Below are positions 26,183 to 47,392 of a DNA stretch of 64,000 nt, one piece after another. Origin of the DNA: Chrysomallon squamiferum. Lineage: Eukaryota > Animalia > Mollusca. The translations under genes and the position numbers were made by a program. The stretch spans positions 4,836,001 to 4,900,000 of the forward strand of contig CM022667.1 in assembly GCA_012295275.1 (NCBI GenBank). Direction: 5' to 3'. The notes beneath the pieces are model-generated. The model did no database searches. It was given only the letters and a program-made list of their open reading frames with translations, and was not told where the DNA came from. Each line of letters opens with the position of its first letter. Within the stretch, counting starts at the first letter, position 1.

Positions 26183-26422
26183 GTTTAAAACGTAGCACAT
26201 GACACAAAATACAGAAGCTGTGTTTAGGGTGTAATTAATCCAGTTAATGAAAAGTAAAACAGTGTGTGACAAATTCCACGTGACCGAACTTCACATTCAC
26301 TGTTTAATAACAGCTTTTCGTTCAGCGATAACAGCAGATTTGTTAAAGGTAATTACAGTAAAAACAGCGTTCTGGCCGGGATAACACAATTATCTGCAAA
26401 AATATCTACAAAATAGCTGAAC

Positions 26423-26480
<58 letters not shown>

Positions 26481-27162
26481 ATATATGTTACTAATTAATT
26501 TTTATTGTGTAATTTACAGTTTCTTTTAACTTAGAATATATAAAAATGAGTATTTGAATGAAAGATATACGTGAACGCGACCACACACAGACACACACAC
26601 ACACACACACACAAGTATAATAAGACAGTGTTTATATAAATATATATATTATCAGTGATCTGTGTGTGTGTTAGACGATCGCGTAGATCTATTGAAATTT
26701 GGAAGTCATTTATTTATTTATTTATTTATTTATATGTTTGTGCACATTCCTGTATAAATTTAAATACATGCAAATTCATTTCCAACAACATAAAGTTTTG
26801 TCAGTAACTAATCAAATACGTGAAACAGAAGCAGTCACGAAAACACCAAACACTGACCAAGAGGACAGACAACTGCACCATTTCATAAACAGTGAACAAT
26901 TTTCTTAAAATCAGGCTCCTTTTGTTGTTGTTTTTAACTTTTTTTTTTTTTCTTTTTTTTGCAATATAAGAGATCACAAATAAAAATTAAAATTAACGAA
27001 TATTACCAACTTAAAAAAATGTTCTTCCTTTCTTTCCAAAAAAAAGTCATCAGTTCTGCTGAGATTTACATCTCTCGGGATAGCTGTTTCAATATGTTAC
27101 CAGCAGCTGTTCCGATCTTAAAACAAAACAGAAAAATTATTGCCGGAATCAGTTGCTAAACT

Positions 27163-27472
27163 ATGGCGACCTTTCGTAACGTGTATTTTTGTGTTGTCGT
27201 TCTTGTCCTTATTTCGTTAGTTTACTTTCAGTTCATGTCAAATATTGATAACATGGGAAAACGATACGTATTTCTTGACAAATCTAATATAAGGTATGTA
27301 TTAGGTCAGGTATGTATTAGGTCAGGCCTGTATAAATTATTAAAACAGCAGATTTAACATAAATATGACAAATTCTTTTTAATGATAGTGTTCATCCGAT
27401 AATTTCTTTGAAACTTTTCTAAGTAATCATAATGCGTATCTTTAGCTAATAAGTACTGTTTTAAAAGGAAAA

Positions 27473-27503
<31 letters not shown>

Positions 27504-27558
27504 AATAAAAAATCCGATATAAACTATATAAAATACCAATGAATTGTTCTTGTTGGTG

Positions 27559-27601
<43 letters not shown>

Positions 27602-30600
27602 GATTATTATTATTATTATTTATAAAGGACTGACGTTTTGATCAATTTAACTTATTTATTTATTTATTTATTTATTAGAATTTTTAACAGATCACGTTTA
27701 GGTAATTCCTTTCCTAACTGGATTGTCATAACAACAATTTCGAAGCCAACAGATGACGTCAAATTTGTTGCGAAAATACCCGGATGGAAAGTTGTCGTTG
27801 TTGGTGATACGGCAGCGCCCGCTAATTGGAGGTATGATTCACGCAGTTTACTTTAACAAACTTTTGTATGTTTTCTATTTATTTATTTATTTATTTATTT
27901 ACTTCATTAAATTAACAGTTATATATGTTTTCTACAAATCGATTATATCACTACTTTTACCGAATCTTTCTATCAAAACATACATTATAATAATAATAAC
28001 TATTACCACCACCACGACTACTACTACGACTACTACTACTACTTCTATTATAACTATTATTATTGCCACTGCTACTGCTACTAAAAGTAATACATCAATA
28101 ATAATTATTGTAATAGACACTTCAACAATAACATTACCACTGCTACTACTACTACTACTACTGCTGCTACTACTACTAACACTGACATTACAAATGATAA
28201 TAATAATAACATCAATAATAACTACTGAAACACATATTACAAGAATAATAACTGTTAACACTACCACTACTACTACTACTATTACTGCCATTGCTACTAC
28301 TAAAAATAATAACATCATTAATAATTATTTTAACCGACATTGCAACAATAACAGTTAGCAATACTACTACTACTACTAACTCAGCTACTACTACTACCAT
28401 TGCTACCTTTACTACTACTACTACTAGTATTACCAATAATAATTATAACACAAATAATAACTATTAAAACAGATACTGCAGGCATAACTGTTACCACCAC
28501 CAGCACCAGTACAACTTACTACTACTAGTGCGACTATTACCACAAATAATAAAACTTCTATCAATAATAACTACAAAAACATATACAACAATAACAACTG
28601 TTACCATTACTACTACTACTACTTCAGTTCTGTTCCTATTACGACTATTATTTCTGCAATGATAATAGCAGACATAATAATCGTAATACATTATGGTTAT
28701 AAAAATAGTTCTATATATATCATTACTGTACATAACACTAGAACAACTGTTTATATGTATTTAATTGTGGCCTAGTAATAATTTTTAAATAATCTTTTTA
28801 TTTTTATGAACGCTTAATGTGTTTCGTTGCTTTTATTCCGCTTAGCTATGCAAACTGTGTCTATCTTGATATCAAAACTCAACAACAGCTTGGATTCGAA
28901 AGCGTCGCTCTTCTTCCCACCGGAAGTTACGCACGGAAAAACGTCGGGTATCTTTACGCCATTTCCAGAGGAGCCAAGTTCATTTATGAAACCGATGACG
29001 ACAACAGACCAAACGATCTTTTACAAAACTTCATACTACAGCCCAGAACGTCTGGTGTCATGTTTGCTGGCGAACACCTCTTCAATCCTTACCGCCATTT
29101 TGGACAGCCCACGCTATGGCCAAGAGGATATCCTCTGAATGCCGTTGGCGACAACGTGTCCAGCAGCTACTTCCTCGACACGTGGAAAACACCTTCCATA
29201 CAACAAGGACTTGTCAATGGTGATCCAGATATGGACGCTGTTTTTAGACTCACGCGCAAAAAATCATCTTCAAGGCTGAACGTAACTTTCGATAATCGTG
29301 CACCATCTGTGTTCGTACCACCTGGAGTTTTCTCCCCTTTCAATTCCCAGAACACTTTATTTCTCTACGATGCTCTGTGGGCGTTGCTATTGCCAACTAC
29401 TACGACTATGCGAGTGTGCGACATCTGGCGGGGATACTGGGCACAACGTCTCCTCTGGGAAATGGGATCGACTCTTGGATTCTTTCCGCCGAACGCTTTT
29501 CAGAAAAGAAATTCTCATTCGTATCTGAAAGACGCCGTGCAAGAGAAAGATCTTTACTTCGAAACAAACAGACTTTTGTCTTTCCTCACTGGATGGACCT
29601 GTGAGTCAAAACTGAGTTTCTTTTCTTGTGTAGAAAGACTCAGTCGAGACATGGCCGCAGAGAATTTCTGGAAGGTAGAAGACGCGAGATTAACCGAAGC
29701 ATGGCTCAGAGACTTGAGGAAGGCTGGTTATGTCGAACCAAAGCGTGTACAGTCGAGAGATAAAAATGGACGCTTTGTTTTTCCAAAAGGCTTCAGTGAA
29801 GCGCAGACGACTTTAGAATTCAGACCTGATGAAAAGCAACTTCCTCTTCCGCAGACGTCAACTTTCAAACAGTCCACAAAACTGAACCACGTTGAATCGG
29901 TGTCTGCTGCTTGTCCAGACGTAACGTTAAATCTACCCCCGTACGTGTTGCAGCAGGCCACACCCATTTACTCGAACATCCTCTTGATAATAGTGTTCAA
30001 CTTTCCTCATTACGAAAACGTCCGATTACTGGAGGTCATTTATAACCTGCATTTTCCACAAAGACTCTACTGTGGACCTGACGCGAAACTTTTTAGACAA
30101 ACCACGGAGCGACAGGTCACGTTTATAGAAGTGAATATAAACAGAGGTTTCGTCGGCTACGAATGCATGCTTAGAGCCATGCAAATGAACTACAACGTGG
30201 ACGGCTTTCTCTTCATCGCTGACGACACTCTGCTGAACGTATGGAACCTGAAATCACTTCAAACCGATCGTGTTTGGTACGGTGGCTCTGCGAGTGTGTT
30301 GAGAATAAACAAAAAACGATCGAGGTGGCCATGGGTGAACAGACCTATAGGCAAACGTGCCTACGTGTCCTCGCTTCAAGAGATTAGACATTCAAACAAC
30401 TCAGTGTACGCGGACTTCAAACGAGTTCTGAGAAAGAACACGCATTTCGCAGATGGGTTCTACCACCAGCCGTCAGACATAGTGTACATTCCTCTACGTT
30501 TGAAAGAGAAGTTTATATTTATCAATCTGATATTTCTGAAACACAAACTCTTCCTGGAAATTGCTTTTGCGACTTTCATTGGCGGAGTCGAGCATCTTAA

Positions 30601-30790
30601 CAACGTCACGTATCTGAAAGGAAGATATCTTTGGTACGACGGATCAAGAAAGCACGTAGAAAAGTATTTTCTCAAAGCTGCACATTTCCTGCACCCTGTC
30701 AAGCTGCTACATGAGTTCAGCAAGGCTAAAGGAAAGAAGTTTTATTGTGAGACATATCTTCCACTGACCCTGCCTGGTGTAATTGTGTAG
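27163..30790 (+). CDS. STELLO-like (DUF288) putative glycosyltransferase, copy 3
   Basis: Exons 27163-27293 (MATFRNVYFCVVVLVLISLVYFQFM), 27679-27831 and 28846-30790. Intron positions and phases match copies 1/2, and the ORF is intact with all motifs. Confidence 0.92.
27985..28650. repeat. Degenerate (ACT/AAT/ACC)n trinucleotide tract in intron 2 of copy 3 (shorter equivalents at ~9470-9670 and ~22285-22515)
   Basis: Low-complexity sequence giving poly-Thr/Leu/Ile pseudo-ORFs with frame switches. Confidence 0.85.
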
Positions 30791-31249
30791 AAGTGTTCAT
30801 TGTGTAAAGTGTTTTAAGTACATTTGTTTGATTTAATCATTCTTTTTTTTACGTTCTGGTTAATCTGAAGATAAAATGGAATAGATTGGAAATGAAAAAA
30901 TACGTTAAACATTTTCATTAAAATAACCAGAAACTTGTCAGAAAAATGCTTGTTTGACGTCATGAATCAACATGTTTTTTATGTAAAAATATTTATTTAT
31001 TTTCGTGTTTTGTTTTGATTAATGACAAGTTAAGTAAAACAACAAAAATATAACACTACTACTAATAATAATTAAATAAATAAATAAATAAATAAATAAA
31101 AATAATTAAAGGATGACTAATTTGAATTTCTTAAAGAATTTTATAAAAAAAAATTATCATTAAAAAATACACTTTAACGATTCAAATTATTTTCTCTAAC
31201 AAAGTAGAAATCTCTAATAAGCTGCGAAAAACTGCTATAATTTCTGATC

Positions 31250-32943
31250 TCAAACATATTTCAACACAACGTCAACACCACTGTATAACTGTGAATCAAG
31301 CAGCGACTCCAAACTATCATCGGCTGTGAAAACATCATCAGAGTCAGCAGCAAAAAGACAGAGTTTCTGAAAAAAAGAGAAAAAAAATCGTGTTTAAAAA
31401 CAATAATATATTCTTAAATACTATGTCTTTTGGGGTTTTTTTTAACAATAATATACAATATATATTCTTAAATACTAAGTCTTTGGGGTTTTTTTAACAA
31501 TAATATATTCTTAAATACTATATGTGTTTTTTTAACAATAACATATTCTAAAATACTATAATCTAGAATTTTTTTGTTAACAATAAGATATTCTTAAATA
31601 CTGCACCTGTTTCTTTTTAACAATAATATATTCTTACATTCAACACCTGTTTTTTTTTTTAATAATATGTTCTTAAATACCATATCTTAGTTTTTAATAC
31701 AGTTTTAAAAATATTTCATAAAACTGTCTGTAATCTAATTAAAAAACAAAAGCAAAAATAATTTTAAAAAAAAGCCACTTTCCAAAACCTGTTATTTAAA
31801 TAAATTCATCAAAAAAACAAACCTTGCCAGTGAGTGTGTTGTTTGTGTTGTGAATTTTATGTGTGTTTGCAACACAGTCAATTATTCGACCTATGCACCA
31901 CTTCTAGAAGAGAAAAAAGGCAGAAATTAATTATTAATTAATAAACAGATGTCATTATTTAACTCTGAATAAACACATAACAACAGAGTGTCATGAATCT
32001 ATAAAATAAACAATAAAATGATGTAAATATAAAAAAACAATTAAATAAATAAATAATAGTAAACACAGTATAAACAAATAATATCACAATGTATCAATGT
32101 TGTAAATACATAAAATAATTAAACAAATAATAACAGTAAACGCCATCAACAAACAATAACGAATAAACACATTTCTGACATTTAACCAACCTTTGAGAAG
32201 AACATTGGCACTGTGGTAGTTGATGTTGTGACAGACTGAGGTAGTTGTACATTGAAATAAACACGCTCACAGTCGGGGATGCCTTTGTCTCCTACAGCGT
32301 GCATCTTCAACTTCATCAGCGCAACTTTGGCGGCGGTGTCCTTGTTCTTCTTTGTCAGCCGCGGCTTACGTGAAGGATGAGCTTCTTTTGCAGCTGAGAT
32401 AATTAAAAAATAATAAACCCTTTCAGTGCCCCTGCCCATAAACCTCACCATGCCAGAAACCCTGGTGAGATATAAAACACTAGATTAAGTTACCCACGTT
32501 TTATATATTCAGTGTAGGTAAAAACATGTGTGCTGGGAAACATGTGTTGCACCAGAATTTTGTTTAACTAACTAACTAACTAACTAACCAAATAAATAAA
32601 TAAATAAAAGAATAAATAGTCATACTAATAATCATGGTAAAAATATTACTAATACAAAAATGGCACAATTAATACCCATGCAAGTAAATAAATACTGTCA
32701 ATAATAATCGTAATTATAATATTTTCGTAGTGAATAAAAAAATCACATAGTGGTTAAATAAAGAACTGTTTACCTAAAATCTCTTTAACATGTTCTGCTG
32801 TTTTTTCTCCTCTCACTGGAATGTCGTGGAGTTCACTGCAGTTGTGATCCTGTTGATGTCGATGACTGAAAAGTAATAAAAATCAGTTTTAACAAACAAA
32901 GCTAGTCATTTACACACACACACACACACACACACAATCACAG

Positions 32944-32981
<38 letters not shown>

Positions 32982-33994
32982 TCTCTCAGAAACACATTTG
33001 CACACAAACACACATATGCACACACATATACACACACTATTTAGGATATAGGTTATTTTAAATTATGTTTTGGTGTTGACCTCAAACAGAAGTTTTTCTG
33101 ACAATGTTCACATGGTAGAGGTGTCAGTTCATGTTTCTCACAACCTTCAAAATCACACTGGAAACTTTTAGGTCCACTGTATTCTGCATGTGTCTTTTCT
33201 AACAGGCACTATGAAAAAATAAATAAAATAAAATGAATTTTAAAAATAAAATTAAATTAAGAATTAAAAGAAAATGAATAAATGAATAAATAAATAAAAT
33301 TTATAATAATTTTAAAAATTAAAATTAATTAATAACAACTAAAAAAAAAAAATTTAAACATTTAACAACATATTAAAATTATTATATTTTATCTTTTTTT
33401 TTAAACAGAAAAAACTTAATTGTGTCTTTTTTCTACTTCAGTTTATTGTTATCTCAGTAATACATAAAATAACATCAGCAATAATTTATAAATTTGAATT
33501 CAGAAAATTCTTTATGCTTTGAAATTGCACTATTATTAACGTACAATGTTGTGAAGGTTATCTCCCTTTACGTGTTGTCGAGAAAAAATAATAATTGCCA
33601 AAATAAACCTGTGACATATAATGCAGATGTATTGTATAATTATGTTCATAATTTATATAAAGTTCTTACAAGAGAGCAGTTATGGACATCTTTAGTTCGG
33701 TGATCCACACTGAAAAAAAAAAGAGAAGATTTAATATGTTAATCGATATAGTTTATATCTTCAAGTTAACTTATAGTTATAACAATAAACTTAATTTTAA
33801 AAATAATGATAAAACAAAAACTATGACAGAAAGTAACGTACCAAAATATATTTCCACATCCATCACACTCAAAAGGAAGAAAATCTGAAATCAACAGAAA
33901 GACTCAGACTCAGTCAATGAGAAAGGTACTGATGAGATTCGTATGAATATTCAGCTTATTGGTAAAAAATTATACGCCCACCCACTCATCTCAC

Positions 33995-34072
<78 letters not shown>

Positions 34073-34323
34073 GTTTTAATATTTTCAATCTTAAAACTCG
34101 TACTCGTCGTAGTCTTATTAAGTCAACACTATTTTATAATAATAATAATTAATATTATCTAGACTCTTATTCCTCCAGCTGACTTCAGTATAATTGGCAT
34201 TCTTGTTTTGGGACCGTTGTCATGCTTCATATAAAGTATCTACTGTCAGTACTGAAGTGAATCACCTAATTGTTTACAAGTCTCCACGCTGCAATATTTT
34301 CCTAAATCCGGAAGTTCAGCCAT
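31250..34323 (-). CDS. ZFAND1: AN1-type zinc finger protein 1; 8 coding exons
   Basis: Exons 34323-34266 (MAELPDLGKYCSVETCKQL), 33884-33842 (DFLPFECDGCGNIFC), 33709-33670 (VDHRTKDVHNC), 33208-33081 (second AN1 finger), 32865-32774, 32393-32191 (TAAKVALMKLKMHAVGDKGIP..ERVYF..PMFFSK), 31903-31823 (KWCIGRIID) and 31366-31250 (KLCLF...LYSGVDVVLKYV*). All junctions are GT-AG and in phase. Confidence 0.95.
31395..31690. repeat. Degenerate ~40-bp tandem repeat (~7 units) in the last ZFAND1 intron
   Basis: Recurring aacaataatatattcttaaatac followed by a variable T-rich tail. Confidence 0.8.
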
Positions 34324-35111
34324 GTTTTGATCTGTTGTTTGTAGAAATTTCCTCAGTATAATATTGCACCTTTCAATTTCGTTCGTTTTTGTTTATTGGT
34401 TAAACATTTGAATGTAGTTACATAAAAAGAAAATACGTATGTATATGCTTGGTTGACCGATTACGAGCCATTGCGTTATTTAAATTAGCCCTCAGCTTTG
34501 TTTAATATCTTTCATCATTTGACTGATTCAGATCCGCAGTCTAATCAGATGCTGATAAGACAGAAAACATTCATTCCTAAATATATATATGTGTCACCGC
34601 TAGGTTTTCCACAAAGATAAGTGCAAATATGACGAAACACAAAGAACGGCTTTATCTGAAATATCTCAAACTTTGGGAATATAAAGTGACTTCAGAATAT
34701 AATTCTAGTGTATATGTAAAACATATTTAATACACAGAATGTAAACAGAACCCAAAATTAATTTTATACGATATTAAGTATGGAATTTAAATTGTGTTCC
34801 TGGTGTAATCAGAAGTTGTGTTCCTCGAGGTTTAACAATTCGTTTATACTGGAAAGCAGATGATAAACAAGGTTTCAGTCTTTGGTGAAGAAAAACACCA
34901 GTGAGAGACAGCCCATTCCAGAGAGTTATGAATTGACAATAATGATGATGATGATGATGATGAGTATAAATAAAAAGAAGAAACATGTAAATAATGAAAA
35001 CATCACAAACAAAAATATATAAAATGAAAAAATATTTAATCAGTATGGTGTATAAATAGTGACATCAAACAAGCTAAGCACATTGTAAGTTTATGTGTCT
35101 TGAGATCAAAA

Positions 35112-35234
35112 TGAGATATCAACTATCATCTAATGTTACCACATAGATATCAGCTATCTTCTAATATTACCACAGTTAGCAACTATCTTTTAATATTACA
35201 ACAGAGATAGCAACTATCTCCTAAAATTACCACA
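35112..35234. repeat. Degenerate ~31-bp tandem repeat, 4 units
   Basis: gagatatcaactatcatctaatgttaccaca / tagatatcagctatcttctaatattaccaca / gttagcaactatcttttaatattacaaca / gagatagcaactatctcctaaaattaccaca. Confidence 0.8.
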
Positions 35235-35338
35235 TGAAGAGGGCAAATTAACTTCTAACATAATCACACCATTAAATATGGTCATGTAGTGAACTGAATA
35301 TGTATGTATATTAATATTGTGTTATTTGTTTGTGTGTG

Positions 35339-35411
<73 letters not shown>

Positions 35412-38137
35412 ATTATTAATAAATAAATGTAAATGATTAAAATAAAAATATGACAGCCCCACACAATTCATACTTTATTATCAATAAAAGATGGATGCTA
35501 TTTTTCTTTTTCTTTGAGATGAATAACTGAAGGACAAATTTAATTTTCTACATTTTAATTTAATAAAGTTTGTTTAATCTGTATTTTTTCTTTTTCTTTT
35601 GGAAATATTTGTCATAACTGTTAATTCCTCCCTGAATGTGAAGGCACAGGCAATAGTTTTATTATGAATACATTCAAATGAAAATGATGTTAATAAATAT
35701 TTACAGATGCGTTTACTGATACTTCAGCTGTTTACTTGGTATGCATAGTTATCTGACTAAAACACAATACACAGAAATATTTAGCTAGTGAATAAACTTC
35801 TGATATCATGCAGAGAGTATTAATTTATTAAAAAAACATCCATTAGTGGATACACCTTAAGAACAGTTAAAATGTATAGGAAAGAAATATATAGAATTAA
35901 ATGATTGTGAATATAAACACTGAGACAGTAAACTCATCATTATGATAACTGTTTTAATGATAAACAAAAGATTCATCATCGTACAAGGCTATTATTCATT
36001 TGGCTGTTAAATTGTTATTGTTAAAATACAAGTTTTTGTGACTGAAAATACATTAATTATCATTGTGAATATCTTAATGGTTTACTTAAAACCAATGTTT
36101 CTAAAGTACACAGGTTTCTGAGGTATATGTTTCTATTATTATTAAATCAAAATGAGATGGACATTCGCTACTTTCTTTTACTTATGTTTATTTTAAAATT
36201 TAAACAGAAGTAAAATAAAATAGAAATAAATGTCAATTATAAATAAAATTTTCTTTAAGAATCCATATTTGGTCAGGAATGTAATTATATATTTGGCAAC
36301 TTAGCAACAATTTTATAAAAAATAAACAAAAAAAAAAAAAATTAAAAAAATAAGAAAATAAATAAATAAGAAGTATAAAAAAAAGAAAAGAAATATATAC
36401 ATTATTTAACACGTCAAGTATTCTCCAGTATACTAATGAACCATTTTCAAAGCCTTCATGTTTCTCATACTGAAAACTAAACATCATTCCAGCTTTGATC
36501 TGTGTAAAGTTCAATATTGCTGATTTAATTAAAACATAAATATACAGATTGTCTGGTTATGAAGTTCACAATAGCTGATCTAAATAAAATATAAATAAGT
36601 CTCTGATTACAACTGGACATGCTGAACATTTTTATCAGCATGTTAATAATGAAGATGACAGTTTAAGAGTGGAGATGGGCACAATAACAATACTAACAGT
36701 GATGGTTTGAACACTATAATATTTTAAAAAATAGGACATTTTCCATTACTGTTATTTAATATATATTTAATAATGGATTTCTGTAAAGCTATATTTGTCT
36801 GGATTTAATCCTAAATGCTTCTGTAGTTTTCTTTTTGAATGTGTAAAAGCTGGGACTTTGTAGTTTGGTATAAAATTGTGACTGAATTTGTGTAAAGTTC
36901 TCTGTGGTTTGGGTAAAGCTGTATTACATGGTGTTTTGTAGATTTGTAACTGGTTTGTGTGCAAGGTTGTAATTATCTGGTGTTTGTGAAATCTGTAACA
37001 ATCTTTTTCTTGTGTTTGTGTAGATTTGTAACTCTCTGGTCCTTGTGTAAAGGTGTGACTTTCTAACTCATGTAAAGTCACGGCTGAGTCTGTGGAAAAG
37101 GGAATGTTTTTATCTACTTCTGATCATTTTTAATTCTTTGGTTTTGTGTAAAACTAAATATCTGGATATGTAAAGACATTTTGGGTAAAATTTTGGTTTG
37201 TGTAAACTCTGCTTAATTATATGTAAAGATGACAATCACATTTAAATTCAGATCATATCTTGATGCTTATTTCTATAAAAATGTATATTTAATATCTTTT
37301 TATTTAAAATTTATCCTACTGTGTGATAACACAGCAACTTACTAACATAACAACTGGCATATCGAAACTGTATGTGTCATGTTTCTAAACTAACTGTAAT
37401 ACTAAATATAAAACTAAATATAAAACATATACACTTTAGTCAAGTTTATATAATTTCTTTCTTGTGTGAATTTTTAATTTTTTTTTTTGAATATTTATTT
37501 TCCAAACTGATGTCGATATTGCTTTAAATATTCTGCTTTTAAACATTAAATCAAGGTTTTGTTGTGATGGTTTTCTGTTTTTTTTCATTTTTGAGAGGCT
37601 TAACAACTTCATGATCCATAATTCTTAAAGCAAACTAAAAAAAAAAAAAAAAAAAAAAATTAAAATAAAATAAAATTATAATAGAATGTTCTTTGTAGTT
37701 TACACACATAAGGCAATAAATCAGTTTTGTGGCAGGATTTCACAGTATCACAGATGTGATGTAAAGTAATATTATGCAACATGTTAAAACAGTGTTCAGT
37801 AGCAGGTATCTTTGTAATTACATCTAACTCAGCAGATTTGAACTGACTCAAATGTCATAATGAAAAAAAAAAAAAAAACATACATTTAATTCTTTATCAG
37901 TGGTTCATTTTTTTTTTTTAACATTAAAAAAAAAAAACAGTAATAAAATACTTTTATAAATAAACTTACAGTGTAAAGTTAATCATTGTTTAGGTAGATG
38001 AATCTGAAATTTTTTTTTCCTCTCACTTTTTCTTTTCAAAACAGACATTGACTTGAGCCAGTGAAATTTTTACTGTAAATTATCTATCTACCACTCTAAA
38101 AATTACGTTTTATGAAAAAATGTTTTGTTTGTTTGTT

Positions 38138-45248
<7,111 letters not shown>

Positions 45249-47345
45249 TGTTGTGGATGTCTACACTGTTGGAACGATGCTGATAGATGGAGGCTGACCT
45301 CCTTGAGGCCTCGTCAGCTGAAAAAAAAAAAAACAAATATTCAGAAAAAAAAAAAAAATAAAAATCCCTGTCACTGAGATTTAGAAATTGCTGTACTGTT
45401 TACATGTTGATAATATTCACATTTCTGTTTTGAGGTAGAATCTACATAAAATTGTTTTAAAATAAATAAATAAATAAATAAATAAATAACAAATGTTCCA
45501 CTACATTACTTCCAAACTATAACAAGAATTATGAGTATTTTATTGCATCATGATATACTATCATTGCATCAAGTGTTTTAAATAATATTAAAAAATAATA
45601 ATGATAATAATAATTAAAATAAATAAATAAATAAAAAAGAAAAAGAAAAAGAAAATGAAAAGTATATAGCAATATATTTTATTTTGATATATTTATGTGG
45701 AATTAAATTCAAAACAGAATTTAAACATGAAAATATTCAATTACTATTGAAAATAAAATGTCTTAAAGTTATTATATACAGATATATTGTACAAGATGAA
45801 AAGAAATAACAACAACAACAACAACAATAATAATAAATAAATATATAAATAAATAAATAAATAAATAAATTATATAAATAAATAAATAAATAAATAAATA
45901 TATAAATAAATAAATAAATAAAATAAATAAATAAAAGAAAATAAAGAGAATAATAAATAAACATCAAGAAAAAGAGAACATTACACAACAATATACATAG
46001 TTTTTAAAATGCAAAATATTCAATAATAAACCTATTCATTTTTTTAAATCTTACCTAACAAACTGTTTTTCCACTCCGATTACTTTTGTAAGAAACAGGA
46101 ACTTATATATCCCTGACTACATTCACAAATAAGTATACTAGCTTAATTAACTTACTTCAACTAATTTAAGCTTTTCCCAGACCTTGCAAATTCATAAATA
46201 TGCCAATATTCATTCATCTTTTTTTCAGTACCTCTCTGTGTTTTGCTTAAAACAAATATAAACAAGGAACGCACAAAAGTGTACATTTTCAGTTTTTCAC
46301 TGCAACAGATTAAATATTGCATCATCACTGCTTTTCATTGCATCAATATCACAAATGTTTCAAAAATAAATTGAAAAAGACCTGAACATTAAACTGATAT
46401 ATTGTGTGTGAAACAGCCGACTGCATGTTTCAGCAAGTGGGTCCCATGTAATAAAATAAAACTTTTGACAGCTCACGTTTTTATCCAACATCTTAACATC
46501 GCGTGTTCTGTTCAACTCAGTCTTTTCAGACTTTTTATACAATGCATAATAATAATAATAATAAAAATACTGTAACAGTGAATATGACTAATCAAATTTT
46601 TTGTCTTAACAACTGAAGTGGAACTTCAAAACAAAATAATAACAGTCATTTTTATTGTCTTTATATTTATTTCTGCTGCATATATCTGCACATATAATTC
46701 TTCTTAGTGTATAAATCTTATTATATACACTATTATTTATTATTCTTGTTACTTTAATAATTTAGGAAAAAAAGAAGACTGATCAATTATTTTACAATAT
46801 TATTTATCACTGACCTTCGTACAGTGATTATAATAATTTCTGCTATTTTTATTTCTTCTTCATTTTATTTAATCCCTCCTGTAAATCCACATATATAATT
46901 ATTACAATGACAAATAACATATTTTTAAATCTAAATGAAATTAACCTGTTATCTCTACTGGCAGTCTGACACTGAATTCCACCTTCAAGCTTGGACAGTC
47001 AGTGAATGATCTGAAAAGTATTTTTCTTGGTCACACAAATAAATATTCATGGATGGGTGACCACTGACCTGTCCAGCACAAAATTTAAATAAAAACAGTT
47101 GTCGGGCAAGTAGGTTGAAAAACAAGTCACTTTAACAATGTTAATGGCTAACCGAGCTGACAATGTGTCTTTTAGTGAATATTACAGTTGGCTGGGTTGA
47201 CTGAAAAACAAGCCATTTGGTCATTATTGCAAATAGTTAGCTTGATCTCCAAGGCTTTTGCTTATCTCAGTTTCAACAAATGAGGAATTTTGTTGACACT
47301 TTCACATTTATGACTCACAGCAAATTCTTCTGAGCTGTTTTTCAG

Positions 47346-47392
<47 letters not shown>

